Source: Pocillopora damicornis (lineage: Eukaryota). Taken from it: a DNA stretch of 64,000 bases. Shown piece by piece: positions 51,575-64,000 of the stretch. Each line of letters begins with the position of its first letter. Positions within the stretch are counted from its first letter, which is position 1. The stretch is taken from assembly GCF_003704095.1 (NCBI RefSeq), contig NW_020844103.1:310001-374000 (forward strand), written 5' to 3'. The notes below the pieces were generated by a model. That model saw only the letters and a program-made list of their open reading frames with translations, did not search any database and had not been told where the DNA came from. The position numbers and the translations under genes are program-made.

Positions 51575-53289
51575 ATGAGGATTCTCGTGAGAGCTTGGGC
51601 CAGATATCAACAGTTACTCATAACTCACCCATGGAGAACTCAAACTATTGGCACAGGTGAGAAATAATGGTGCAATTTTCACGGATAATTTTCTCTGTTA
51701 TTAAAGCGGGCTTGGCGCGCTGCGAATGGTTAGAACGATTTTGTTTGGTAATCGCATGGGGTCGAATAAAATTATAATTACATAAAATTAAATTTTAGTA
51801 AACTTAAAATTAAGGAAAATGAATATTTTTCCGAGTTGCACAGCGACGAGAGTGATTTCTGCAACTTCTGAAAACACAGGTGATATCAATCCTTAATATT
51901 ACAATTACTTGTTTAGCATATAAAAGTCAAAATTTCCTTTTAATAAGATCAACAACGCACGCTGTTACGCACATTCGTAGGAAGCCATTTCAGTGTTTAG
52001 TTAGCGTCAATGATCTGTAAAACGTACGAATCAGCTGCATTTAAAAATTATTTTAAAAAATTGTGACAAAGTTAAGCCTTTTCTAAATTTTGTTCATTGC
52101 CCAGAGCAACATCCAAAACTGATAAAAATGCCCTCTGTCTCAGCAATTAGCATTTAGTGATTTTGCTCTCTATGTTATAACTTATTCAATTATTTGACAC
52201 CTTGGTTTGCACCTTAATGTGGCAACTGAGGAAAAGACAGGCTCATGCAGTTGCAACTGAAGAAAAATGTATTTCAAAACAAGTCATGAAAGACTCTAAA
52301 GATGCAGGCTACTGACACATGTACACTGTGCAGCACAACCAGACTTTTGTGCCAATTTAATTTGGGGACATTATTTAGCAGAAAATCAATTGCTATTGAT
52401 GTAGGAAGCGTTTTGTCCCTTTTGAAGGGCTGATGCAGGTGGCCTGTATTATTGTCAGCAACAATTAAAGAATGCTAACCATAAAATTCTTAACTAGTGT
52501 AACTCCTAAGGTTTGATTTTCAATACTCCCCTCCAGCTGTTTGACATTTCTTTGTAAATTAGTTATGAGAATTTGGTGTCAGATCAAGATAACAAGTTCT
52601 AACTGTACTCTCATTGCCTGTTTGCTGGATAATGTAAGAATACTGCTAAGGGTTAGGGAGAAGTTACATGTTAATCACTCATGGGAGTTAAAGGGTTAAA
52701 GAAATTAGTCAACCTTATTGGACACTTGTAAACTATGCTTCGTAAAGAATCTTACCATTAAATTTGTGTTTTTTGTTTTGTTTGTTTGTTTGTTTGTTTT
52801 TTAGGTGTTCTTGTTGCCATTGGTGATGTTGTTACACAGCAGTGTGTTGAGCAGAAAGGGATCACTCACGATTTCACCAGGACAGCTCGTATGGGTGTTG
52901 TTGGTTTAATTATCGGCCCTGTGTTTAGAACATGGTACCTGACATTGGACAGACTTGTTCCTGGAGCAGCAAAGACTGCCGGCTTCAAAAAGATGCTCCT
53001 TGATCAGGCTCTCTTTGCTCCATGTATGATTTGCTTTTTCTTTGGTGTTACAGAGACTTTAGCTGGGAAAAAACCCTCTGAAATAAAAGAAATGCTTCAG
53101 GAGCGCTATTTGGAGACAATGGTTACCAATTACAAAATATGGCCTCTGGCGCAGACGATTAACTTCACGTTTGTTCCAATTCAGCATCAGGTGGGGTTTG
53201 TTCAGATAGTGGCAATATTTTGGAATGCCTACATGTCTTGGATGACCAACAAGCCACTTCAAAAGGCCACCCTAGATAGCATGAACTAG
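51575..53289 (+). CDS. MPV17: MPV17/PMP22 family protein, paralogue B (exons 51575-51656, 52805-53289)
   Basis: AWARYQQLLITHPWRTQTIGTG|VLVAIGDVVTQQ...RTARM...WYLTLD...LDQALFAP...NYKIWPLAQTINFTFVP...FWNAYMSW. Same 82-nt first exon as paralogue A. Confidence 0.9.
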
Positions 53290-54772
53290 ATTTGCTGTCT
53301 GCTGACTAAATTATTTTCAAAAAGAAACCTGCCAGGAGAGTAGATGCTGAAATATGCATGAAAAGTAAACTAAGGTATTTGAAAGAAAATAGTGTTGTTT
53401 TCAATCACATTTCCTTAGTATTCAAATCACTCGCAGAACTTTGCAATTGGTTCATTTGTGTGCAGTTGGTTTATTTGTGTGTTTGTGTAAGAAGGTGAAG
53501 GAGTGGGTGAGTAGGGGGAAGGGGCCTCAAGGATTTTAGACCTTGACAATTAATAAGCTTAATTGCATATAATTCATGTAAACTGTCAGATTTTGGTGGT
53601 CAAAGATGCCAAAAAAAAGATGTCAACAATAACAGTTTAATAATGAGTAACATTTGTCAGCTATGAAATGTGGTTATCATAGCAGTCACAAGCTTGTAGC
53701 TGTAGAAACAGATCAAGGAAAGGAAACTTATTTGCCTTCTAAGGCTCAGTTGTGAAGTAGCAATACTTTTAAACAAATGTAAAGGAAGTGAACACAGATT
53801 TGTATTCTGAAACTTTTAACTGTATTTGACCGGGGAGGGCAGGGATTTTTAACCCTCTTACTTCCTGGATCCTATTGTTATTCTCCTTAACTTAAGGATA
53901 TTAATTTGGAGAATTTGGTATTTGATCAACTAATAATCCCCCTATTGTTAGTTTTCTCTATTCTTGTTACTTGTCTGTTTGATATTTTATTGTCAGTATT
54001 GACATTGTAGGGGAAAATTTTGTTAATCTTGGGAAGTTAAGTCAACCCTTTGCCCCTTAAGAGTGACCAACTTCTCATTTTTCCTGTTAATATAATCCCT
54101 GAATCAAACATTAAGGTCAAAGAATGAAGGAAATGATCATCAACTAATGAAGCTCTAGATTGTTTAAACAAATCCTTCATGTCAGCACTTAAAAAATGTA
54201 CAGGGAATGGTGAGGAGAGTCTGTGTTTTGATGTTAGGGTGTAAAGTTTTAAAGGGCAAGTAATTGTGCCAGAAGCTATAAATTTTTTCTTTAGCATAAA
54301 GAGGTATACTGTGAATTATAAACTAAGCTGCTCATGATCACTGATGATCAGGGATCTCACTCATCATGTGAGACTCCATTGAGCATCCAAACTATTCAAA
54401 TGTGTTGAACTTTTGGCTGCTTGCTCAGTAACCTGGCTGCTTTCCTGTGATGTGAAGAAGTCTCTTTCCTCTTCTTTTTTTTTTCCATCTCGGAAATTTT
54501 TTTATATAAGTTGGAGCCACAGGAAATTATAAATTTTTGTGATGATCAGAATAGCCGCTTTTTGTGAACCCCACTTTGTGGTTTTGTGCGTAGTTAGGTT
54601 ACCAAGTTTTACATAATTAGATGTAATTGACATAATTAAGTTCTGTACATGAAAATTATGTGACTGGGAGGCATTCTTTTCCTTTAAGAGTGGAAGTATT
54701 GAATATTTATGTAGACATTATTGATAAAATAGGCGTGAAATTAAAATTTTTTGAATATCAAATTACATTTTG

Positions 54773-54973
54773 TATTCTATATACCAGGCTAAAAGGTTAA
54801 AAAAAAAAATTAATTAAAATGTTTAAACCAAACGTTTTCGGCTGATTGCCATCATCAGGGTTAAAAAAAAAAAAAAAAAGTTTTTTTTAACCTGATGATG
54901 GCAAACAGCCGAAAACGTTTGGTTTAAACATTTTAATTTTTTTTTTTAACCTTTTAGCCTTGTATATAGAATA
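54773..54973. repeat. ~200 bp palindrome containing hammerhead-ribozyme-like cores on both strands
   Basis: Arms AGGCTAAAAGGTTAAAA... and ...TTTTAACCTTTTAGCCT. Each arm contains CTGATGA-TGGC(N5)GCC-GAAA-ACGTTT. Confidence 0.75.
54822..54865 (-). ncRNA. Minimal type I hammerhead ribozyme-like motif
   Basis: Minus strand reads AACC-CUGAUGA-U-GGC-AAUCA-GCC-GAAA-ACGUUU-GGUU: stem I AACC/GGUU, stem II GGC/GCC, palindromic stem III. Confidence 0.5.
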
Positions 54974-55976
54974 CATTTTACAAAGCGAACATTATGGACA
55001 AATTACATTTTGTTGCCTTATTAATGCTATGGTTATGAATGTCATATTATTGTGTATATTTATTGACAGGTGTATGAAATATCTCCTGCATAAGATTTTT
55101 ATTTTCCTCTCATATTCTCTAAAATTCCACAATAAAGGTGGTGAAATTTTTGGGTTTAAAAATAAAGAATTTTTGGATGATTAAAATTTGGTGGCTGATG
55201 TGCCAGCATTGTGTGAGGTTCAAAACATTTTGTCCGTACCACGTTGCTCTTCCTGGTTAAGAATAAAGATTCAGCACATTCTCATTACTTCAAAGATGAT
55301 AGCAGAGGAATTGATGTAAATTTAAAATTTAATTGTTTCGTTTTAAAGTTCTGACGCTGACCGCTTTTAAGAATTTAAATTTTCTTAAATTTCGACCACA
55401 GCCGTGACCATAATTAATGCTGACCATCATGCAATCTGGCCTCTCACCTGTGACGTACAAGGCCTCATTCCTTGTTTTTTTTGTATCTCTTGGTGATCTG
55501 TTCTAACGATTGGAACCTACACAAAGGAAGTATAATAGCTAAAATGATTTGTTCTTTCATGTTGTTTAGGGATAAGCAGCGTGGCAGCTGTTGCACCTGA
55601 CGCGTTGTGATTTTTAAAGCACGTGGCTTGATTTCTGATTTGTTGTTATTGTTGTTGTTTAGCTCGTTTGAAGGAAATTTTTGATAAGAAAACTTCGCGG
55701 TTTAAAACTAGAAACACGCTAAGCAGTTAATATCTATCCATACTTGTGAGGCGGAAAGAAGACTTGTTCATCCCAGCAGACGAGTCTGATGAACTGCGGG
55801 CGCAGATTACTAAATCGTCACGACTATCGTCACGTTATTCGTCATTAAACGTCCCTATGGTGACTGGAAGTATGTTTGTTTTGGCTGTTTGATTCGGTGA
55901 ATTTGTCGGTTATTGAAAACAGTAGCAGAATTCACGATATTACTATTTCCTTGAAAAGAGTTACTCAAAGATCACG

Positions 55977-58900
55977 ATGGTTGGATTGCAGAAAACTGAG
56001 AATCAGATTTACGCAGACATTGTTCGCAGCTTGAAGCAAAATTTTCGTTCCGAGCCTCAAATGTCGCTGACTCAAAGCGACAGAAAAGTGCGAATTCGCA
56101 CAAATCGTTACTACAAGTCCGAACTAACCGAAGATCACTGGAAAGATAAATACAACCGGCATGTTAAACAGCGACTCTGTGGATTCTACACACCGGCTCA
56201 TCTACCATATGCTTCAGTTGGTGACGTTTGTCTGGATATACGCGATCTAGTCCTCGACACTGTTGGAATTGATCAAAGCTCAGAGAAAGTAAGCAAACAA
56301 CAAATATTATACATATTGATAACGCTCAGTTGCCGAGTGTTTCTCTCGTTTTTATAAAGCCTGCTGTGCAAGTGTTCGGCCTGTTTCACTACTGTTAGTT
56401 ATTATACTTTTTTCGTTTTAATCAGGTGGATCCTCGTGTGTGCGCATTTATTTTAAGTTACATAGCTGTTGCTTCTTCTAACTGCGCAGAAAGTTTAAGA
56501 TAGCTTTGTGTTCAGAAAAAGAATTAAAATTTGATCCAAACCAAGAGATTGAAATATCTTTTCCAGACTCAAAGAGTCAATTTCCCTATTTTATGCACGT
56601 AGTTTAGAATCTAAAACATTGTCACAAAGGTTTTACTTGCTGTTAAATCTCTCCATTCACCTTATTTGCCCAAGTACTATTTTGACACTTCTTCTTTTTG
56701 TTCCTCCTTTATTTGTTTCTGAAACTACAATTAGCTGATACCACAGATTCTTTTACACCTGTTTTTGCAGGAAAAAACAGGAAAAAAAGGACAGGAAAAC
56801 TTTTCATATACGTTTCTGTCCAACCTAAAATTTGAAATATCGGCGAGAAATTGCGCGCACAGATTCGTTAAAAGCTCACGTAAGGTTGGAACTTCAAGTG
56901 ATCTTAAAAAGTTTTACATAGCAATAAACTTTGAGAATCAGAGTGTAACGGATCTAGGAATTATTTTGCGGTGTTACACAGCCATCGGAACATATGCAAA
57001 CACCACAACAACGACAACAAAATCTCAGAGTGAAAGAACACCATAGATTGTACCAAGGGTGATTCAAAATTGGTATCAGCTTCTAATTGGTTGAGTAGCT
57101 CACTGGCGCGAGTTTCTACCCCAACCACAAAACGCCCTCGAAATATGGAGTTCAGTGTCATACCCCGTCCACTTTAACATATTCAGCCTTCATTTTTCGA
57201 GTCTATAATTAAAATTATTGTTAATATTTCGCATCTTGTACCATCTTCTTTCCTTTTTATGGGAACCTTCCTTATCTTTCAGATTATTTTTGCCCAAGAA
57301 AATGATTCTCTATGGTGTTGTTATGTTATTGCATGTGAATTGAAGGTATTAGTGATAACATAAAGTACCGCATGGCAGTTCTGACCTCAAGTCTGGCATC
57401 GCTTAGATGTTTGGCGAAATGAACCAACTTACTAACTTACCTTGTTTTCACCTTTAGTGTAATGTCAGTGTTGTGGTCGACTCGAACGAAAAGGAGAAAA
57501 AGGAAGAAACAGACACAGAGAGTACCGCCCAAAAGGCATGTTCAATTAATTTGCCCATTAATTGATTTGCGCGTCAATAGAATTACATCTCGCGGATGCT
57601 CTTAGAGGCCCTTAGGGGTGTAATTAATTTTCAGTTCTTCTAGATGATAAAATCGTTTAGAGAGGGAACATATGTATTAGAAAGTTGGGAAGGGTGTGGG
57701 TAAAAAATTTATACAGTTAAAATGCGAAATTTTTTCCCTCAGAATCTTTGCTCATATTTGATAAACATTGATGTTTATTTTGTNNNNNNNNNNNNNNNNN
57801 NNNNNNNNNNNNNNNNNNNNNNNNNNNNNNNNNNNNNNNNNNNNNNNNNNNNNNNNNNNNNNNNNNNNNNNNNNNNNNNNNNNGGTAATGATACTCTTGG
57901 TCGCTTTTACGTAAAAGAAACTGGGATAAGCTCCGGCATGGTGTGCCACTTGGCTCGGGAACTGACTTAACCTTTACCGTACAGTAATCAAGACAGCCAT
58001 TTAGAGTAAAAGTTTTCCTTGTCTCTCATTACGTGACGAGGGAATTGACAATCTCAAATCTTACTGGCTACTGGCGAACAATTCTTGCTGTGTTTACTAT
58101 TTTTTCTGGGTCACTTCAACTTCTACCTCTCAACACACATGCGCATTTAAAAGAATATATCATATCTCTATGTAGGTGGTAGATGTCATGAAGGGCCCTC
58201 AAGGTCAGTTGCTGATGACGGAGCCATCAAATGTGTCTCCGAATAAAACCAAGAAAATGATGAACAAGCTCAGGTCATTTGATGGAACTGACACATTAGG
58301 GGTTGGGGAAGAGTTGATTGCCGCCTTCCCCAGTGAGATAAAATCAGAACACGAGGAAGAGGTTATTGATCAGAGGTAAGTTATTATGCAATGACTGGTC
58401 CCTGCTGTAAGGACTTGCATTAATCTAACTTACCCGCGTGGATTTGTTTTCGACCTAATTTCAATTATGCGTTCGGATACTCAATTAATTGACCTACGAA
58501 GAAGTCTTTGAGACACCATACCACAAAAAGCAAGTAGAATGATATGTAATAGACGTCCTGCATATTGTGGCGTCAGCACTATTGCGCGCAGCTCAAAGGT
58601 TTAGCAACCAATTCAGGGCCGGAGTACCAGTCCTCGCTCCTCGGCAGTGGTAAGTTTTTTATTCTCCCAGTTTGATGGCAACCATCCCCTGACCGAGATA
58701 TTCGTGGACTTTAGATACCAGTCAATCTCATCGACTCAAAAGACGAAATCGATCAATAAGAAAATTACGCCTTGTATTAATATTGTAAGCCGTTTGATGC
58801 CCAAATAAAGCTTCATAGTATCAGCTCACTGCGTGTTGAAAAGATCACGAGCCACAAAAGAGAGTTTGACAGTTATGTTTCGTTTTAGGGATGTACAACA

Positions 58901-61900
58901 CGATCGGTATGTTCGTAACTTTAGCGGTAAACTCAGAAGTCTGCACACTTTGCTGTGCTATGTGTATAACCTGAGGACAAAAGATTTACGCACCAAGGTA
59001 AAAAGGGGAATTTTTATAAAACAAATCGTAAATTTACTTTAAGTGCTTGGCGAGAACGAAAATTGATGATAAAGAACTTCTTTGTTACGAAAAAAGGTTA
59101 TCTTAGTTTAAAAATCGTAGGTCATATTTTTGAAAAGTGTACGTTCAAACAGCCTTCAACAGATTTCCTTTGGAATTACAGTTTTGTTTAAGGATAAAGT
59201 GAATTATACGGAAGTCTTTCCTTCATTCTTACCGCACAGTATCTCCTCTTCTACAATAAATAACTCAAGAACACTGTAAGGTAAATAACTTTCCATGACG
59301 TCTGATGCGCGTCTGTACTCTGACTAATCGTAGGGAATGACAAAGTCCTATCAGGTTTAGCGAACAAGTTGTACGGGGTACGCTAAATGAACATTGTCAC
59401 TTTCCAGCTCTGTGGAATGTAACCAGGTGTAGACTTTATTAACTTGCAGGTGCCGTTGTCAAAGGACTTTATTAGGACACTCAAAATAGCGATTTCGACG
59501 GATCAAAAAGGAAAACCCCTGAGACACACAAGGAATATGACACACGTGCAACTTCAGTCACGCGGTCCTCAAAGATCCTCCACGGATGCTGAAGTTTCCC
59601 GTATGGATCATGATCACCAGTTGTCTCCTCAGATGAACACACGTGCGAGCTTTTTTTGTGATTCGCCTTCTTCTATATTCCGCCCTGGAATTGCTGGATC
59701 TGGACGCACTGAGTCCAGGGCATCTGTCTTTGGACGCAAATTGAGGTTTTTTTTCTGTCTTACATATAGAGGTCATTGGGAGAAATGGATCGATGATGAT
59801 TTATCAGTAGATGGGACCGCTTTTTAAATGATCCATTTATTTAAATGAACTTTAAATGAATCAATGACAGAATAAAAAAGAAAAGAAGAAGTCATGTGTT
59901 AATAGATAGATGAATGAAAAAGCGGAAGAACGGACACGCACACATAGGAAGGAGTAATGTGCAGATAGATAGATGAATGAATTAATGAATAATTGAATAA
60001 ATGCACGAATAGGTGAGTGAATGAAATGAGGGGTGAATGGATGGAGAAGGAATCAATGAATGAGTAGATAAATAAGTGTTGGTTTTGAAGCTATTCAGAC
60101 TCTAAAGAAACTGCTGCACTGTGTCAGCTGGCTACTTAAATGCTCAGTTGATCATCCATCGGTGGTTAATAATGATAGATCATCCACCTCGGTGAATTTT
60201 GGAAAGCTATCCTTTCAAGCGCCAGGCCCCTGTCAGCTCAGAAAGAAGATAACACTTCGTCAAAGTACCTTGTCTCGGAAAAGTACTAACGCTCGGAAAG
60301 TCAGTTTTACAGAACTTCTTATGGCAGGTCAGTCACTTGCTTCAACTTCTAGTTGATACTAAAGTAAATACTTGTTTTCTGTAGGACAAGAGACACGTCT
60401 GACAAGATTGACACATGGGAAGATCTACTGGAAGCTGGAGATAAACCTTCTTCTCAATCTCAGGCTCCTGCGTGGCCGGGAGCCATAAGGGGTGGACCAG
60501 CTGGAGAACAGGGTGCTAAGAGCCAGGGAACAAGAGCCAGTTTTATAAACTCAGTGAAAATGGTTTATGGTGGTGTTAGAGTGAGGTAGGTGCACAGTTC
60601 TATGAAAGCTAGCGATGATGAAATGACTGTTTACTCTGAAAGCCAATGCTTTCGTAAACAAGTTACTTGGGTAATATCGTCAAGAAATGCTTTTGTCATG
60701 CACAGCGCTGAGTGAATCATACAAATGTCATAGCTAGAGATATTCCTGAAAATCTTTTACGTCCAAAATTTCACAGTCACTCTTCCAATAAAACATCACC
60801 CTTTTCTTAATGGCTATTACTGAGGATTGGATAGATATCTCTTCATCAGTATTCATCGTATTGCTTCTGGGAAACAAAGGAATAACATCTTTACTCTGTG
60901 CTGGTAACCACCATGCACATACTGTTACGATTAGTAGCGTCCTGCAACCACCATAAACCATTACGATTAGTAGCGTCCTGCAACCACTGAACACCATTAT
61001 TATAAATAGTGTCCAGTGGTAAGCGGATGCTTCCATTTTAATCTTGCTCAGCAACCATGCTCCAGCCTGTTACCTAAAGAAGTCTCCTTTTTCTCCATCT
61101 CCTGGCGATCTGCAGCAAAAAGGGCCTTCAAAAACGATATTCTCGACTACCGTAATGATTCGATTTAGCGCCCTACTTCCAATGAGTGCCCCCCTCAAAT
61201 TGTTTTTTTGTCAATGAGCGCCCCTGTTGAGTAAACACCTTTATTCCAATAAGCGGCCCTTTTCTAATACACGCCCCTATTCGGTTCCAGTAAAAGCACT
61301 GATCAATCTGTTGAGGTACCAAAAGTGAATAAGCACTCCGGGCGCTAAATTGAATAATTTCAGAACACAAATAATTTAATTTTTCGTATTTCATTTATTT
61401 TTGAGTTTTTAGAAGTGAAAAATAGGACAGCAGCTGTTTTTGAACCGCCCGTCGTAGTTCTACATGTGTGGCCTGGTTACGGACTTGTTTTCAAAATGGC
61501 GACGTCCATCGTTAATTTTTCAGCGTTATTGATCAAAGCTTTAGAGTCTTTATGCGACCAAAAAAACTATGCGGGAAATAAAATTGAATATACATAATCT
61601 TTGATAGGGTAAATCTTCGTAATTACCTCACACGCACGGCTACTTATAATTACATGATGCTTTAACACTGAAACATTGTTAAATTTTACGTCTTAACAGG
61701 CGACATGGTGGAATGCTGCAAGTCATTCAGAATGGAGCCGCACAAGCAAGTGACGCCAAGGATCAGCTTCCTATTTGGCACCAGGTTGCCTCTGCAGAGA
61801 AAAGTGAGCTTTTGAGTTCTTTCCATACGTGGGTTCAAATCATACATGTCGGTCTATCTCCAACATCAAAAACACAACAAGAAAAACTCGATTTATCCCA

Positions 61901-63078
61901 CAACATTACAATATAACAGTACAAACTCGAGGGATATTTCTATACTAGAGGAATTCGGCTAATGTGTTTTAAACATAGCGCAAACTTGCTCTCTCTTGTT
62001 TTCCAGATGCAAAGGAAAATGGCCCCAAAGGACAATTTCCGAAGAGACGGTTTGTTCAGTTTCCACGTACAATTCATTTCAGAAAACCTGAGACAAACAG
62101 GCTTACATATTAATGAAGTGGTTTTATCAACTGAGTTTAAAATGTAAATTGGCCACTGCAACGAGTTTCAAAGCTGACAGATTCTAGCATTAGGCCTATG
62201 GCAGAGCGAAGCTTACCTCTTTAAATACATGATTTATTGCTTGTCTAAACATCGCTTTTCGAGAGAGTCGAGCAATCTGTCTTTACTTAGAGAGTGAGCA
62301 ACGGGTAAGGCTGGCGTTTATCATGAACTGAGTTCGATGTACAGCAAGACATTTTCGAAATGTTTATATGACGATGGGTCAACGTTCGAAACGTCAGCTT
62401 TGAAACTCGTAACGGTGGCCAATTTTCATTTCCAACTCAGTTGATAAAACCAAAGTATCTTGCTTCGATCACTACCCCACCGACGCAGCACCACGGTTTT
62501 CTTAGAGACGTAATCCCTTTACACTCGGGTAGGTTGAGAGACAGACAGCTTGACCCGGCAACAGACAAACAGAGAGGCTAACTTGAGCACAGGAAAGCAG
62601 AAAGACTGAGTGTAAGGCAGGCAGATGGACCAACGCAAAAACAAAGAGACGGACAAACGGACAGAAAAACGAACTAACAGACTATAAGATAAACAGACAG
62701 ATCAAATGACTACTAGATGGACAAACAGATAAAAAGACATGTACATATGCAAAGACACCCATTCAGACGGACAGATAGACGAATCAGTAAAATGTACCGC
62801 TGAGTAGAATCTCGCTGGTTTTGTTCTATTTGTCTACGATTTAATTAGGTAATTAATTAATTGGCTTTTTCGTCTTTTTCTTTGTGTGTATCATACAATA
62901 ACTGCAAATAATGAAGATATTTTTAACATACTGGGGTTTGTGTCTATGTATTGTACAGCTTAAAGAAGTCTTCTTCAAAATCTGAAAACTCTTTGTGTGA
63001 TACGATCCAAGAAGGTTTTGAAAAAATTCAAGCAAGGTCTGCTGAGCGAGTCAGAAAAAAACTCACCGAGATCAACAG
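55977..63078 (+). CDS. Uncharacterised multi-exon protein, 3' incomplete (exons 55977-56288, 57458-57535, 58176-58375, 58889-58997, 59450-59745, 60313-60327, 60385-60585, 61700-61803, 62007-62049, 62959-63078)
   Basis: Ten segments join in one open frame with matching intron phases. I recognise no domain. Confidence 0.65.
62118..62522. mobile_element. Inverted pair of Penelope-like repeat fragments with a degenerate hammerhead core
   Basis: 62368 ATGACGATGGGTCAACGTTCGAAACGTCAGCTTTGAAACTCGT..GTGGCCAATTT..CAACTCAGTTGATAAAACC, with its reverse complement at 62118-62180. Another fragment lies at 46045-46092. Confidence 0.55.
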
Positions 63079-64000
63079 GTTTGTCATCTTGACACAACAA
63101 ACAACAAGCAAAACTGGCACAACAAGTTGTCATCCGCCGTTGTCATGAGCTTAAGGGATGCCTTAGTTAGGATTTCGTGGTGCTCATCTAGGTAGAATAA
63201 AAGGCTGCCTAAGGGTACAGCATTGCTTCCTCTTGTCTGAGATTAAAGCAAAATACATCTGACACTTTCATTCAGCTAGCTTCTTCTCTGCCTCAGGAAA
63301 TAAAACCAATGAAAGCTCAAACTCTTCAAAATGTAATGCGTAGAGATCTTTCCTCAGTTTAAACTGAAGTTGTATAACTTTGGACTTTGATGAATCTTAG
63401 TTTGTTAATTATCAATTGTTCTTATAAAGCTTACAAGGGCTTTGAATTTCAAGCATTGAGAATATCGTGCTACGAATTCTCAGTTTGGAATTCGTCAAAA
63501 TAGTGTCCAACTACTTACAAAGTGGGGGTAAATATTCGCCACTTTCACCAACACTGAGGTGGATACTTGATCTTGATTAGTATGTACCATACAGATACCA
63601 AAAACTTAAAGTTTATTTCTTTTGCTGAAATATGGTCAGAAATTAAACTCTTGACGTACTATTTTGTCTTTGGCTGCGCCTCGAACAACTCTTACGCTTT
63701 TCTCGTGCTCTCCAAACTTTCCGCGTACATCCATAACTTAATATACGCGCGCTAAGCATGGACCAATTCTTTAGTGTGGTATATACTTATATGAGATATT
63801 TTCCTCGTTAGCTACTTACTTTTAATGCCGGATGGAAGCGGTCGTCTTCTGGAAAAGAACTCAAGCAGAGACGTTTTAGAGAAGCGGACAGCAGGCGGAA
63901 GAAGAATATTATTTATTCTGGTGTCTTTTGACGCCAATTTATCGACTATAAGGTTGTCGTTTAAACGTTGCAAACGAAATTGTGCAGACCATGAGAACTT

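Noticed and set aside
60162-61054. ORFs 60162-60356 and 60734-61054
   Set aside because: The first ends in a phase incompatible with the next exon. The second is antisense intronic sequence containing a short tandem duplication.
59880-62785. GAAT-rich (59880-60075) and CAGA-rich (62540-62785) tracts
   Set aside because: Ordinary decayed simple repeats in introns.

Overview
Eukaryotic, intron-rich, AT-rich animal DNA with several assembly gaps. The repeat landscape looks like a stony coral or related cnidarian (inference). Gene order, reconstructed by hand from splice sites: (1) two tandem copies of a secreted PAN/apple-EGF-fibrinogen-like gene (~7.2 kb duplication) with a Ly6/uPAR-like pseudo-exon between them; (2) a 13-exon tandem-doublecortin (DCDC2-like) gene; (3) adenosine deaminase on the minus strand, with some exons lost in gaps; (4) an intronless, bacterial-type cobalamin-binding radical SAM gene, head-to-head with (5) an MPV17-like gene; (6) a tRNA-derived tandem array and a ~2 kb degenerate element; (7) two paralogous secreted Cys-rich protein genes of a family I do not recognise; (8) a second MPV17-like gene; (9) an uncharacterised multi-exon gene running off the window. 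The most notable items are the B12-radical SAM gene embedded among nucleoside-related animal genes, the Cys-rich secreted pair, and a palindromic pair of hammerhead-ribozyme-like motifs.
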